Shown: positions 34,167 through 50,376, counted from the first letter of the stretch. The stretch is 64,000 nucleotides of DNA from Anaeromyxobacter sp. (GCA_049840735.1 JASGJN010000007.1:128001-192000); one strand, 5' to 3'. Notes: a model not told the origin generated them from the letters alone. Numbers and translations: made by a program.

Positions 34167-34862
34167 CTACGGCTCCTTCTTCGGGGCGGGTGCCGGGGCC
34201 GGCGCCGGAGCGGGCGCCGCCGCGGGCATGGACTCCAGCAGCTGCTGCGCCTGGGCCGCCTGTGGGCTCTGCGGGGCCTGGCGGACCACCTGCTCGAAGG
34301 CCTGGCGCGCCGCGGCCACGTCGTTCAGGTCGTTGGAGTAGACGATGCCGAGGTTGAAGACGCTCTGGACGTGGTCCGGGGCGAGCTGGCTGGCCCGCCT
34401 GAAGTTGGCGACGGCCCGGTCGAACTGGCCCAGGTCGCGGAACATCACGCCCTGGTCGGTGAGCACGTCGGGGTTGGCCGGCTGCAGGTCCAGCGCGCGC
34501 TGGTAGGCGTCGATCGACTTCTGCGGCTGGTGGGTGTCGAAGTACAGGTTGCCCAGGTGGACCCAGCCCTGCACGTCCTTGGGGTTCTTGGCCAGGTGCT
34601 GCTCCACGGCCGGGATCTCCTGGAGCAGCTGCATCGACGCCCCCTGCCCGCCGGGCGCGCCGCCGCCCATCCCGGGGGGCGGCATGGACTGGGGCATGGC
34701 CTGCTGCTGCATTCCCTGGGGCGCGTCGCTCTTGAAGAAGCGGCCGTGCTGGCCGACCTGGTAGCCGATGGTGGCGCCGATGAGACCGCCGGCTGCGACA
34801 CCGGCGAGGGCGGCCAGGACGACGTTCTGCGAGGACGAGGTGGGCTGCGGTTTCGGGCTCAA
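34167..34862 (-). CDS. Membrane-anchored TPR protein
   Basis: AGGAGG precedes the TTG at 34862. One TM helix is followed by TPRs (WVHLGNLYFD, LTDQGVMF, FNLGIVY). Confidence 0.8.
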   Translation of the reverse strand: MSPKPQPTSSSQNVVLAALAGVAAGGLIGATIGYQVGQHGRFFKSDAPQGMQQQAMPQSMPPPGMGGGAPGGQGASMQLLQEIPAVEQHLAKNPKDVQGWVHLGNLYFDTHQPQKSIDAYQRALDLQPANPDVLTDQGVMFRDLGQFDRAVANFRRASQLAPDHVQSVFNLGIVYSNDLNDVAAARQAFEQVVRQAPQSPQAAQAQQLLESMPAAAPAPAPAPAPAPKKEP

Positions 34863-34946
34863 CGGGCGCTCCTCCTGTGCGGCGGGAGGAAACCACACGT
34901 CCGGCCGGTGCGCCAGGGGGCCGCAGGTGACGGGGAGGGGGGCAGG

Positions 34947-35303
34947 CTACCGCGTGCCGTCCGTGCGCAGCATGACCGGCCCCAGCAGCGCCTGCAGGAA
35001 GCGGCCGGACTGCTCCACCAAGGGCTCGGAGAACTGCAGCCCCACGCGGTAGGGCGGCTCGCGGGTGGCCCAGGCCACGGCGGCCTGGCCGCTGGCCTCG
35101 AAGTCGACCCGGTCCGAGCGCAGCCGCACGCGCACGTGGTCGCCGCGGTGCATGGGGAACAGCACCACAGCCCGGCAGCCGCCGGCGCCGACGTCATCGG
35201 TCTCGCACACCTGGAGCTGCCCCGCCGAGGAGACGTCCAGCGGGACGCGCACGTTGAACCGGCGGTAGATGCGCTCGTCTGCGCGGGAGGCCATCGCCGG
35301 CAT
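34947..35303 (-). CDS. PilZ domain protein
   Basis: RIYRR, DVGAGG, VGLQF. Confidence 0.7.
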   Translation of the reverse strand: MPAMASRADERIYRRFNVRVPLDVSSAGQLQVCETDDVGAGGCRAVVLFPMHRGDHVRVRLRSDRVDFEASGQAAVAWATREPPYRVGLQFSEPLVEQSGRFLQALLGPVMLRTDGTR

Positions 35304-35404
35304 GATGCGTACACCGGGGAGCCAGCGTCAACGCCGGCCTGCGTGCCACGGCCGCGGGGCGCCCCGGGCGCCGGACGCGCCCGGGACGACCGCCGCGACG
35401 GCGG

Positions 35405-40657
<5,253 letters not shown>

Positions 40658-41090
40658 TCCTCTTCCCACCCTTTCGCAGGCCGCCGGCGCCGGGGCGCGG
40701 GGCCACTCGAAGACTCTTCGGCGCCGCCCGCGTCGTTCGCGGCGGCGCCCGCAGGGAACCGCGCCCGCGCCGCACGGAGGCGGGGCGGGCGCAGCGCGCC
40801 GGGGGCGCGCGGGCACCACAAATCACGTTGGCGCCTGGAGAGGCAAGCGGCGAGAGAGCCCGGTCCGGCGGGGGCTTCGGGGACGACGCGATGCGCCAGC
40901 GGGGCGCGCAGGGGACGTGCAGCGGAGCGCCCCCCGCGCTGCGAACGCACACACAGTGCTGGGCGCGAGGGCGCGCGGCGGCGGGGCGGCGGAGCGCGCG
41001 TCGGGCGGCGCCGGCGCGGAAGGCGGCTGGTGGGGCGGGGTGCGCCCATTCGCCGCGCCCCAGGCACGGGGCGCGGCGGGGCGCTGGCGG

Positions 41091-41660
41091 TCAGCGCGCG
41101 GAGGCCGAGGCGGCGGGCGGCAGCGGATCCGGCACGCGGTTGGAGACGGCCGGGATGGTCCGCAGATACGCGTAGATGGACTTGAGGTCCTCGTCGGTCA
41201 TGGCCGCGGTGGCGGGGATGGGCATGGGCGGCAGGATGGGCCGGCCGCGGCCCAGGTGGCGGCCGGAGCGGAGCGTGTCCACGAACTGCTGCTCGGTCCA
41301 GCGGCCGAGGCCGGTCTCGGCGTCGGGCGTGAGGTTGGCGGTGAAGCTCACGCCCCAGGGGCCGGCCCAGGCGGTGTTGGTGGCGGCAGCGGTCACCAGC
41401 CACGGGCCGGGCGGCAGGGCCGGCGCGGGCGGCATCTGGAGCGCGGCCGGGTGGCCGGAGAGCCTGCGCGACAGGTCCGGCTCGGGGCCGGTCTGGCCCA
41501 TCTTGAAGGGCGTGTGGCAGTCGTTGCAGCCGCCGATGGTGACGAGGTAGCGGCCGTGGGCGACGCGCGGGTCCTCGCCGGCGGCGCCGGCGCGGGTGGT
41601 GAGGGTGAGCAGCAGGGCCGCGGCTGCGGCGACGGGCAGGATCCACTTCAGACGCTTCAT
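41091..41660 (-). CDS. Periplasmic c-type cytochrome (c-553-like)
   Basis: Signal peptide, GRYLV..CNDCHTP, ANLTPD..TGLG.W, PPMP. Confidence 0.85.
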   Translation of the reverse strand: MKRLKWILPVAAAAALLLTLTTRAGAAGEDPRVAHGRYLVTIGGCNDCHTPFKMGQTGPEPDLSRRLSGHPAALQMPPAPALPPGPWLVTAAATNTAWAGPWGVSFTANLTPDAETGLGRWTEQQFVDTLRSGRHLGRGRPILPPMPIPATAAMTDEDLKSIYAYLRTIPAVSNRVPDPLPPAASASAR

Positions 41661-42748
41661 GGGTTCTTCTCCCTGGGAGGTGACCTGGTGGGCGCCGCCG
41701 CGGTGGGACCCTCCCGGATCCACGCGGCGACGAGCTGCTCCGCCTCGGCGTCGGCCTGGCTGCGGCCGAGCGGAGGCATCTGGGTGACGGGATCGGTGGC
41801 CGCCAGCCGGCGGACCAGCACGCTGCGCGCCGGGTCGCCGGGGGCGATCCGCAGCGTGGCCCCGGCGCGCTGGAAGCGGCTGGGCACGCCCACCGCGGTC
41901 TCGCGCGGCGCGCCGGGCGCGGTGTTGGGCGGCGCGCCCACGCGCTGCTCCAGGTCGAGGCCGAGGTCGGAGAGCGGCCCGCGCGCGTTGTGGCAGCCGG
42001 CGCAGTTGCCGTGCAGGTAGCCGAGCGCGGCGCGCGCCGTGGGCGTCGCGGCCGCGATGCGCGGCGGGAGGCTGCGCAGCGAGGGCGGCGCGCCGCGCAG
42101 CAGGCCGCGGTCGATCAGGGCCGGCAGGTCCACCGCGCCGGCCGGCGGCGGGGCGGCGTGCGGCGCCAGCGGGTCGCGGTCGGGCGAGAGCTGGAGCGCG
42201 CCGAAGCCGAGCACCGCCGCCGGGTGGCCCTCGTGGCAGGCGCGGCAGTCGGCGCCGGAGGGCAGGTCGTGGGTCCGGCCGTCGGCGCCGGTGGCCCGGC
42301 CGCCGCGCTGCGGCGCGAGGCGCGCGTCGCGGCCGTCGGCGGTCCAGGCGTAGGTGGCGTAGCGCCAGCCCTCGGCGGCCCGCTCCATGTAGCGGGTCTC
42401 GAAGGGGCGGCCGCCGAAGGAGAACTCCTTCCAGAGCCGGGTGCCGACCGGGAAGACCCAGACGTCCGGATCGCGCCCGTCGATGGCCGCGCCGGCGGGG
42501 AGGCGGATCCAGCGGCGCTTGGCGGCGCCGTCGCTCCAGAGCGGGTACTGCGGGGCGAAGGGGAGCGCCTCGGCGTGGAGCTCGCCGCGGTCGAAGTCGG
42601 CGTAGAGGCCGGTGTCGGCCAGCCGCTCCGGGAGCGGCGCAGGGCCGGCCGCGGCCGGGGCCTGCTGCGCCGTCGCCGCCGCGGCCATCGCGCAGGCCAG
42701 CAGCGCCCCCGCGCCGATCGTCAGCTGGTTCCTCGCTCCCGTGATCAC
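41657..42748 (-). CDS. Periplasmic diheme c-type cytochrome (SO2930-like)
   Basis: Signal peptide, PLWSDGAAKRRW, FPVGT..KEF, CRACH, CAGCH, MPP. Confidence 0.75.
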   Translation of the reverse strand: MITGARNQLTIGAGALLACAMAAAATAQQAPAAAGPAPLPERLADTGLYADFDRGELHAEALPFAPQYPLWSDGAAKRRWIRLPAGAAIDGRDPDVWVFPVGTRLWKEFSFGGRPFETRYMERAAEGWRYATYAWTADGRDARLAPQRGGRATGADGRTHDLPSGADCRACHEGHPAAVLGFGALQLSPDRDPLAPHAAPPPAGAVDLPALIDRGLLRGAPPSLRSLPPRIAAATPTARAALGYLHGNCAGCHNARGPLSDLGLDLEQRVGAPPNTAPGAPRETAVGVPSRFQRAGATLRIAPGDPARSVLVRRLAATDPVTQMPPLGRSQADAEAEQLVAAWIREGPTAAAPTRSPPREKNP

Positions 42749-42804
42749 CGCCGCGCCTCCGCTCCTCGTGACGAGCGGAAGGTGCCGCAGCCGGCCGGGC
42801 GCGG

Positions 42805-42845
42805 TTCCTAAATGATCCCTGGTCGCTTCCTAAGAAGTGCCTAAC
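42805..42845 (-). promoter_or_regulatory. Four direct repeats at 11-bp spacing upstream of the cytochrome pair
   Basis: On the plus strand CCTAA at 42807, CCTGG at 42818, CCTAA at 42829 and CCTAA at 42840. Confidence 0.55.
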
Positions 42846-42956
42846 GCCGGCCCGCGCGGGGCGGACGGCCGCGCTCATGGCGGCGACCGGTCGAGTTGAA
42901 CTCTCCCCCCGTGACCCCCAACCATCACGCAGGCTCAAGCCGAATGGGCGGCGTGA

Positions 42957-44888
42957 TCAGAACCGGATCGCGTACAGGAACGTGGTCTGCGGGTCGCGCC
43001 GGTAGCGCTCGGTGATGGCGGCGATGGGCGCCGCGGGCGGCCCCAGCCAGCGCTCCACCAGCGCCTTCGCGCCGGCCGCGTCGCCGCGCGCCTTGAATCC
43101 GCAGCACCGCGGCCTCGAGCTTCTCCACCGCCGCCGGCCAGCGCTTCGCGTCCACCTCCATGCAGCCCCGCTCCACGCCGTCGGCGGCGCGCGCGTCCCC
43201 GCGCCAGACCAGCGCGCGCTCGGAGAGCAGGAAGCCGAGCTGCACGGTGGCCAGCGCCGGGTAGGCGGACAGCTCGCCGTCCTGGTCGCGGACGCCGAGG
43301 CTCGACTGGCCGAAGGCCCAGGCCAGGTCGGAGAGCCGGCTGCGGGCCGCCAGGCCGGGGTCGATCACGCCGCGCGCGGCCAGCCAGCCGGTGAGGTGGA
43401 GCGCGCTGGTCTGGGCCTTGAGCTCCTCCAGCATGCTGGCCACCGGCCCGCCGAAGAGCTGCGGGGCGGTCTTGCCGCCCACCGCGTACTCGGCCGAGGG
43501 GCCCAGGTTGTGCGCCGCCTCGTGCAGCAGCGTGCCCAGCACCGCGGTGTCGCGGTCGTCGCCATGGGCCTTCATGGTGGCCGGGCAGAGCACCGAGGCG
43601 GCGCGGGCGCGGGCCCGGGCGCGGCTGGCGGCGTCGTCGTAGAGGTTGACCATGGCCACGGTGCGGCCGCGCCCCTCGTTGGCCACCGGGCCGAAGTTGG
43701 GCAGCGACTGGCCGATCACCGCGCCGCGCGGGTGGCGCGCGTCGCCGGCGTTGAGGATCACGTCGATGAACTCCGGGAGCGCGAAGGCGACGGCGCGGGC
43801 CTGGTAGGGCGGGCCGGCCAGGCGCGCCAGCTCGCGCTCCAGGTCGTTCTTCACCGGCTCGAGGCGCGCCTGCCAGGCCTTGGAGGCCGCGTCGGTCCGC
43901 GCCAGCGTCAGGCCGTACCCTGCCTTGAGCGCGCAGGGCTCCCAGTAGACCTCGTCCGGCGCCACGCGCAGGTAGAAGCGCGAGCCGGCGGCCCGGGCCC
44001 AGGCCTCGTCGGCCGCGTACCAGTCGTTGGTCTCGAAGGCCGTGGCGGCCGCCTCCAGGTAGGCGCGCAGCCCCGCCTCGTCGGCCGGCAGCGCCGCGGC
44101 GGCCAGGCGGAGATCGCGCGCGGTGGCCGCGGAGGCCTCCGGCCAGGCCTGCGGGAACGGGATGGCGGCCAGCCCGCCGTCCGGCCGGCGCACCACCGCG
44201 GTGAAGGGGGCGCCCAGGGCGGTCGCGTCCGGCCCGGCGTCGAGCGCCGAGCAGGCCAGGCCGGCGGGCGTGACCGCGGTGCTGCGCGGCACTGCCGGGG
44301 TCACCGCGCTGCAGGCGGCGTCGCCGCGGACCGCGGGCGCGGTGCACCAGGGCCCCTTCTCGATCACGAAGGCCAGCCGCGAGGGCGTGTCTTCCTCGGG
44401 GATGCGCCGCTCCAGCCCGGCCACCCCGCGCTGCAGCGCGTGCAGCCGCTCCACCTCCAGCGCCGCGTCCCACAGGTGGCCGAGGAAGGTCCGCTCCCAG
44501 GCCGGCGCGCCGCGCAGGTCCGTCTCCACCACCGCAAGCCGCGCCGCCGCCAGCTCGCGGGCCAGCGCGCGCTGGCGGGCCGCGTCCGGTCCCTCGGCGA
44601 TGGGCGGCGCGCCGGAGGCCAGCCGGGCGCGGACGCGCCGGTCGGCGGCGGTGAAGGCGCCGGTCAGCTGCCCGTCGCGGACGTAGGTCCGCCCGTCCTC
44701 CAGGCTAAGACGGTGGCCAGCTCACCGGCCGAGGGGCGGCCGTCACCGTCGTCGTCGGCGAGCCAGCGGAGCGGCAGCGCCAGCTCCAGCGCGGCGCGGT
44801 TCCAGGCCTCGCGGGGCGAGGCGGTCGCGGCGGGGGCTGCGGCGGGAGCGGCGGCCAGGAGGGCGGCGGCGAGCAAGGAGGCCAGCAT
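42957..44888 (-). CDS. Secreted zinc metallopeptidase, dipeptidyl-peptidase III (M49)-like (frameshifts near 44705, 44535 and 43097)
   Basis: Signal peptide, PDEVY, GQSLPN, LLHEAAHNLGP, LEELKA. Confidence 0.65.
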
Positions 44889-44978
44889 GCGACACATATA
44901 GCAGGCAAGGCCTCGGACCTCAGGGAGGAGACGCCTCTCCCGAGGCCTGACGCCTGACGCCTGGGTGAAGCCGCGAGG

Positions 44979-45510
44979 CTAGAAGTCGAAGCAGTACACC
45001 ACCGGCTGCCCCGTCTCGGCCGCGTCGCGCAGCCGGGCCACCGCCTCGATCTGCATGGGCGACATGACGGTCAGCTCGTGGGCGTGCTCGCGGAGCGAGC
45101 GGAGGATCTCGTCCACGTGGCTGGGGCGGAGCACCAGGAAGCGCTCCTCCTCGCTGCCGGGCAGCAGCTCCAGGCTGGAGACGGCCCCCTCCGGCTCGCC
45201 GGAGAAGACCTCGGGGTAGCAGCCCCAGTAGTCGAGCCGGACGTCCTCGCCCTCCAGGCAGAAGTCGAAGACCGCGTCGTTGCGCAGCTCGTCCAGCGTG
45301 CTGCCGGTGTCGAGCAGCTCCTCCAGCCCCTCGCGCATGGGCCGGCCCGAGCCGGCGGCGATGTAGAGCGCCTCGGAGAACGCCGGCCGGCCGCTGCGCC
45401 GCCAGGCCTCCAGCCGGTCGCCCAGGAAGCCGGCCAGACGATTCGGCGTCCATGGCGCGGACCGTGGCGGCCAGCGACTGATCGAAGCGCTTCAGGTAAT
45501 CCGTCCCCAT
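44979..45510 (-). CDS. Hypothetical protein (frameshift near 45442)
   Basis: Removing one base at GATTC 45440 joins MGTDYLKRF.. to ORF 44979..45338. Confidence 0.55.
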
Positions 45511-45682
45511 CGCTCCGTCCTGGAGCCGCACGCCCCCCGCGGCGCACGGCATCGACCGCTGGAGCAGAGCACGTCCGGGCCGCCCCTGTCGAGCCGATTC
45601 GAGCCACGAACACACGACACCGGAAGGTGGTGGGTCGAAGACGGGGCGGCGGATGTAGGGGAGGGTGGGGTGGAGCTGCCGG

Positions 45683-45919
45683 CTACGGCGCCAGATCCTC
45701 GGGCAGATCGCCGGCGCTGTGCCGCTTCCCCTCCTCCTCGGCGTTCCGGTACGTGTCGGGGTCCTGCTCCACCGCCTGCCGGGCGGAGTCCGCCTCCTGC
45801 TCGGCGTCGCCGCGGCGGACGGTCTCCTGGACGCCCTCGTTGTACCGGCGGGCGGCGCTGCGGCTGCCCTCGCCCTCGTTCTCGCTGCCGGGCGTCCCGG
45901 GCTGCTGGTTCTCGGCCAT
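45683..45919 (-). CDS. Small acidic hypothetical protein
   Basis: GGAG RBS, NEGEGSRSAARRYNE, hydrophilic. Confidence 0.6.
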   Translation of the reverse strand: MAENQQPGTPGSENEGEGSRSAARRYNEGVQETVRRGDAEQEADSARQAVEQDPDTYRNAEEEGKRHSAGDLPEDLAP

Positions 45920-46016
45920 GGTCGGTCTCCGTGTCGGTGGGGCGCCTTCGCCCGCCCAAAGGTGGCGACGGGCCGGCGGGGAGACAATCGGAGGACGCCC
46001 GTGCGCGGCCGGTCGC

Positions 46017-46520
46017 TCAGCGTGCTCCGAGCGCCCAGGCCAGCAGGGCCCAGACGCCGGCGGTCAGCCCCACCGCCGCGGCCACCACCAGCGCGATCAG
46101 CCCGGCCACCAGCCAGCCGCTGGCCCGGCTCGTCCGGGCCGGCTGCTCCAGCCAGCGCTCCAGCAGGATCAGGTTCCGGCGGTTGGCCTTCCAGCCCGCG
46201 TCGAACAGGTCGCCGGCGAACGGGATGGCGCCCACCACCGCGTCCACGGCCAGCGTGAGCCCCATGCGCGCCAGCACCGAGGGCGGGGCGCCCAGGCGTC
46301 GCGCCAGCACCAGGAGCCAGCTGGAGAGGAGGGCGCCCAGCAGGTCGCCCACCACCGGGAAAAGCCCCAGCAGCGGATCGATGCCGATCCGGAAGGAGGT
46401 GCCGGGGATGGGCACCGCGTCGTCGAGCAGGCGGGCCAGCAGCCGCGCCGACTCCAGCTCCTGGCGCCGATCGCCGGCGTCGTCGTCGGCCGGCCAGGCG
46501 CGGTGGAAGGTCTCGTCCAT
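46017..46520 (-). CDS. DUF4112 family membrane protein
   Basis: LLDDAVPIPGT.FRIGIDPLLGL.PVVGD and GAIPFAGDLFD..WKAN.RN. Confidence 0.85.
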   Translation of the reverse strand: MDETFHRAWPADDDAGDRRQELESARLLARLLDDAVPIPGTSFRIGIDPLLGLFPVVGDLLGALLSSWLLVLARRLGAPPSVLARMGLTLAVDAVVGAIPFAGDLFDAGWKANRRNLILLERWLEQPARTSRASGWLVAGLIALVVAAAVGLTAGVWALLAWALGAR

Positions 46521-46568
46521 CCCCGAAAGCCTCGGCGGCCGTGGTCCGCGGCGCAACCCCGGCCCGGC

Positions 46569-46712
46569 TCAGCGTCGCTCGTCGCGCGAGCCGACCAGCC
46601 GCTTGAGCCAGCGCCACCCCCAGCGCTCGCTCCACATCCCCGGGCCGGTCATGAGGAGGCCGAGCGCGGTCAGCACCAGCACGCCGATGACGGCGATGGG
46701 GTCGATGTCCAT
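46569..46712 (-). CDS. Small single-TM protein (47 aa)
   Basis: MDIDPIAVIGVLVLTALGLLMTG followed by a basic tail. Confidence 0.45.
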   Translation of the reverse strand: MDIDPIAVIGVLVLTALGLLMTGPGMWSERWGWRWLKRLVGSRDERR

Positions 46713-46891
46713 GGTGCGGCGTGCACTCCGGAAGCCTGCGGTCGAGGCCTGGGCGCCAGGCCTGGAGCGGTGAACCCCACCTCTAATCGGCGATGGGCGC
46801 CGACGCACGCTCGACTGCACGCTCACCGGGCAGGTGGCGCTGTGCGCGTGCAACCACCGGCGCATTTCGCTGGATCCAGGCCGCCGCACGC

Positions 46892-46907
46892 TGGCCCGCG
46901 GCTCGCA
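46892..46907 (+). promoter_or_regulatory. Candidate sigma-54 (-24/-12) promoter
   Basis: TGGCCCGCGGCTCGCA has GG and GC at the exact consensus spacing, about 25 nt upstream of the GGAGGAG/ATG. Confidence 0.5.
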
Positions 46908-46931
46908 AAGGCCGAGCGCGGGAGGAGCACC

Positions 46932-47546
46932 ATGCGCGACACGACGGCAGGCGAGGGGAGTGGCCGGCGGGGCCCAAGAGCGGCGGTGGCGCGGAGCACG
47001 GGCGGCCGGTTCCTGATCAGGCTCGAGGGCGCGCTGCCGGTGGGCTGGGCGGGGCGGCTGGCGGCGGGGCTGGCCGGGCTGCGGGTCAGCGTGCTCCGCG
47101 GCAGCGCGCGCCGGACGCCCGGCCCTGGCTGGGAGGCCGAGCTGGAGGTGGAGCGGCTCGATCCCGACGTCGAGCTGGCGACGCTGGACCTGCTGGAGCT
47201 GGCCGGGCGGGAGCCGCCGCCGATCCCGCGCGACGGTCGCCACGGTCCGCCGCTGCTCCGCTTCGCCGTGCAGCCCGGTCCCGCGGCGCTCTTCGTGGAG
47301 GTGGAGGCCCGCGACGAGGTGGGCTTCCTCGACCGCGTGCTGCGCATCTTCGCGACCTACGGCCTCTTCCCGATCGAGCTGCGGCTCGAGACCAGCGAGC
47401 GGCGCGTCCGCGACACCTTCCTCCTCACCAGCGTGGGCGGCGAGCAGCCCTCGGCCGCGGTGGTCGAGGCGCTCCGCGCCGTGCTGCGCGAGCGCTGCAC
47501 GCCCGCGCCGCTGCCGGTCGCTGCGGGCGCGCCGCGCGCCATGTAG
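46932..47546 (+). CDS. ACT-domain protein resembling the GlnD C-terminal ACT pair
   Basis: VEVEARDEVGFLDRVL..F and ET..RRVRDTF, with a GGAGGAG RBS. Confidence 0.65.
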   Translation: MRDTTAGEGSGRRGPRAAVARSTGGRFLIRLEGALPVGWAGRLAAGLAGLRVSVLRGSARRTPGPGWEAELEVERLDPDVELATLDLLELAGREPPPIPRDGRHGPPLLRFAVQPGPAALFVEVEARDEVGFLDRVLRIFATYGLFPIELRLETSERRVRDTFLLTSVGGEQPSAAVVEALRAVLRERCTPAPLPVAAGAPRAM

Positions 47547-47683
47547 GGGCCGCAGGGCCCCTGTCGTGTGCCGTCGCCGGCGGCCGGACGGGTGGGCGCG
47601 ACTCCTCCCCCGCTTCGACCTTCCGCTCGCCCGGCGGCGCGCGTAGAGTGCGCCGCCGTTCTCTCCTCCCTGGAATGAACCAC

Positions 47684-48161
47684 ATGAAGAACGCTCGCTC
47701 GAATCTCCTCGCTCCGCTCGCGCTGGCGCTGCTCGCTGCCTGCGGGAGCTCCGGTCCCTCGGCCCTCGAGGCCTCGCTGCCCGTGACGCCGGGCGAGCCC
47801 TGGGACGCCGCCCAGGCCACGCTGCAGAAGGCCGACCCGCAGCTGCAGGTGATCCAGAAGATCGGCACCCGCTCCGCCACGGCCCGCGTCCCGGTGACCC
47901 TGGCCGGCCACAAGTTCGAGCGCGTCATGATCACCGGGATGGCCGACCACCCGGCGGTCCGCTCGGTGCTCTTCTCCGGCGCGCCGGATCCCGCCGCCTG
48001 CCCCAGGGTGAAGGACGACGTCCTCAAGGCGCTGGGGCCGGGCTGGGAGCCTACCGCCGCGGAGCTGGGGGCCACCACGGTGACCCGCGGCGGCGCCACG
48101 GGCCGCTCGGTGCGGATCGTCTGCACCGGCGGCGCGCTGTCGGTTCTCGTTCGCGGGCTGA
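47684..48161 (+). CDS. Hypothetical lipoprotein (3' end uncertain, probable frameshift before the stop)
   Basis: Lipobox LLAAC-GSSG. The TGA at 48159 is one base out of frame. Confidence 0.55.
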
Positions 48162-48359
48162 GCGGGCCGCCAGGCGCTTCGCCACCCTGCCTGCCCCTCC
48201 GGGGGCCGCCGCCGCGCGCCGACCGGAAGGATGGGGCGGGGCCTGCCTGCCGGCTCCTGCCCCCGGCCGGAGAACAAATCGGCCTCCCGGTGCGTCCTTC
48301 CTTGGCGAAGGAGAACCGGCGGTGCTACCCATGCCTGGGCGGCCCCGCCGCACCGCGCC

Positions 48360-49143
48360 ATGCTCACCACTGCCCTGCTCTCGCTCGCCCTGTCCGCCCA
48401 GCCCGCGTTCCCCTACGTCCCCGGAGAGCGGATGGGCTTCGGGATTCTCCTACCTGGGAATGCGGATGGGCGTGTCCTCCATCTCCGTGGGCAACGCCGA
48501 CGGCGGCCTGGTGCCGGTCGAGCTGTGGGCCAAGTCCACCGGGGTGGTGGGGCTCTACCACCTGCGCCAGAAGCTGGTGAGCTGGATCGACCCCGTCACC
48601 GGCCTCCCAGGCAACTCGGTGATCCAGGGCGAGGAGGGCTCCTACCGCCACACCGATACCACCAAGGTCGACCGCGCCACCGGCCAGGCCACCGTCCACG
48701 AGGTCGGCAAGCACGACAACACCTACCAGGTGGAGGTGCCGAAGGACGCGCTGGACTTCGTGGCCCTGGTGTTCAGGCTGCGCACGCTCCCGCTCGAGCC
48801 GGGCACCAAGCACGAGTTCCAGGTGCTGTCCGGACGCAAGGTGAACAAGATCGTGGCCGAGGCGATGGGCCGGGAGACGCTGGACACGCGCATCGGCAAG
48901 CTGCCGGCGATCCGGGTCCGGATCCCCACCGGCTTCAGCGGCAAGTTCAGCGAGAAGAACCCGACCGAGGTCTGGTTCAGCGACGACGCGCGGCGCGTGA
49001 TCCTGCGCATCACCACCGACTTCGCGGTCGGGCACGCCTCCGCCAACATCACCGAGTACCGCCCTGGCGTCGCCCCTGCGCCGGACCCGGCCGGCGGGGA
49101 GGCTGGGGCCACCACGACCGAGTCCGGCGGGACCGGCGGTTGA
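48360..49143 (+). CDS. DUF3108 domain protein (frameshift near 48445)
   Basis: Signal peptide, PGER..F..SYLG...G, and G.ETL.T..G...VWFSDD.RR. Confidence 0.75.
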
Positions 49144-50376
49144 TGCCGGGCAAGGATCGCGTATCGGTGGAGCGCATGGCTGAAGCGCCCCTGCCCGACG
49201 CACTCCGCCCCCTCGAGCGCGCCATCCAGGATCTCGTGGCCGGTGGACGCCTGCGGGTGCCGCCCTATCCCGCCGTGGCCGTCCGGGTCCAGGAGGCGCT
49301 GGGGCGCAAGGACGCCGGCCTGTCCGAGATCGCCCAGCTGGTGGGGGCCGACGCCGCGCTGGCCGCCGCCATCCTGCGCTGCGCCAACTCGGCCATGTAC
49401 CGCCGCGGACCGCCGGTGGCCGACCTGCTGGGGGCCATCACCCGCATCGGCGCGGCCGAGGTGCTGCGGCTGCTGCTGGCCAGCGGCCTCTCCACGCAGG
49501 CCCTGTCCATCGGCCCGCTGGTCTCCATCCGCCGGACCATCTGGATCGAGGGGCTGGTGAGCGCCGCGGTCTGCCAGGAGCTGGCGCGGCTGCGCGGGCT
49601 CCGGACCGAGGAGGCCTTCGTCGTCGGGCTCCTGCACGACTTCGGGAAGATCGTGACCTCCTCGGCGCTCGAGGTGCTGCTGGAGGAGCGGAGGTTCGAG
49701 GGGCGCTGGCCGCTCGACGCCTGGGCCAGCCTGGTGGAGCGGCAGCACGTGGGCGTGGGGCTGGTCACCGCGGAGGCCTGGCGCCTGCCGCCGCTGGTGA
49801 GCGAGGTGATCGGCGTGCACCACGGGGGCGGCAAGTGCCGCGACCCGAAGCTGCTCGAGGTGGTGCGGATTCTCCGATCAGCTGGTGGCGCTGGCGCTGA
49901 CGCGCACGCGCGTGACCGCCACCGACCTCGGGCGCATCCCCGGCCTGGCCGCCGCCGAGCGGGAGGCCCTGGAGCGGGTGATCGCGAACGTGCCGGAGTT
50001 CGTCTCCGCCTTCGAGACGCCGGCCTCCGCGATCTGGGTCGGCTCGCAGCGCATCGCGCCGCCTGCCGCGCCGCCGCCTCCAGCGCTCGGCCAGCCCGCG
50101 CCGAAGCTCGGCGTCTCCATCGCCGTGGCCCGCCGCCCGCGGCTGTTCAAGGTGACCTCGCTGGCCGCCGACCGGCTGGTGCTCTCCGGCGAGGAGCCGC
50201 TGCCGGAGAACCGGGTGCTGGAGGCCAAGGTCTACGCGCAGGAGCCGTTCACCATGTGGGTGGTGACGCTGGCCTGCCAGCAGGAGGGCGCCGCGTACAC
50301 CGCCACCGTGCAGCCCTTCGCGCTCTCCGGCCCGGCGCGCGAGGGCTGGGACACGCTGACCGCGCCGCCGGCGTGA
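49143..50376 (+). CDS. HDOD domain protein with a C-terminal beta domain (frameshift near 49870)
   Basis: PPYPAVA, DAALAAAILRCANSAMY, AITRIG, GLLHDFGK. Confidence 0.85.

Noticed and set aside
44945..44963. Short heptamer tandem GCCTGAC x2.7 with an adjacent hairpin
   Set aside because: Too short to distinguish from chance in GC-rich DNA.
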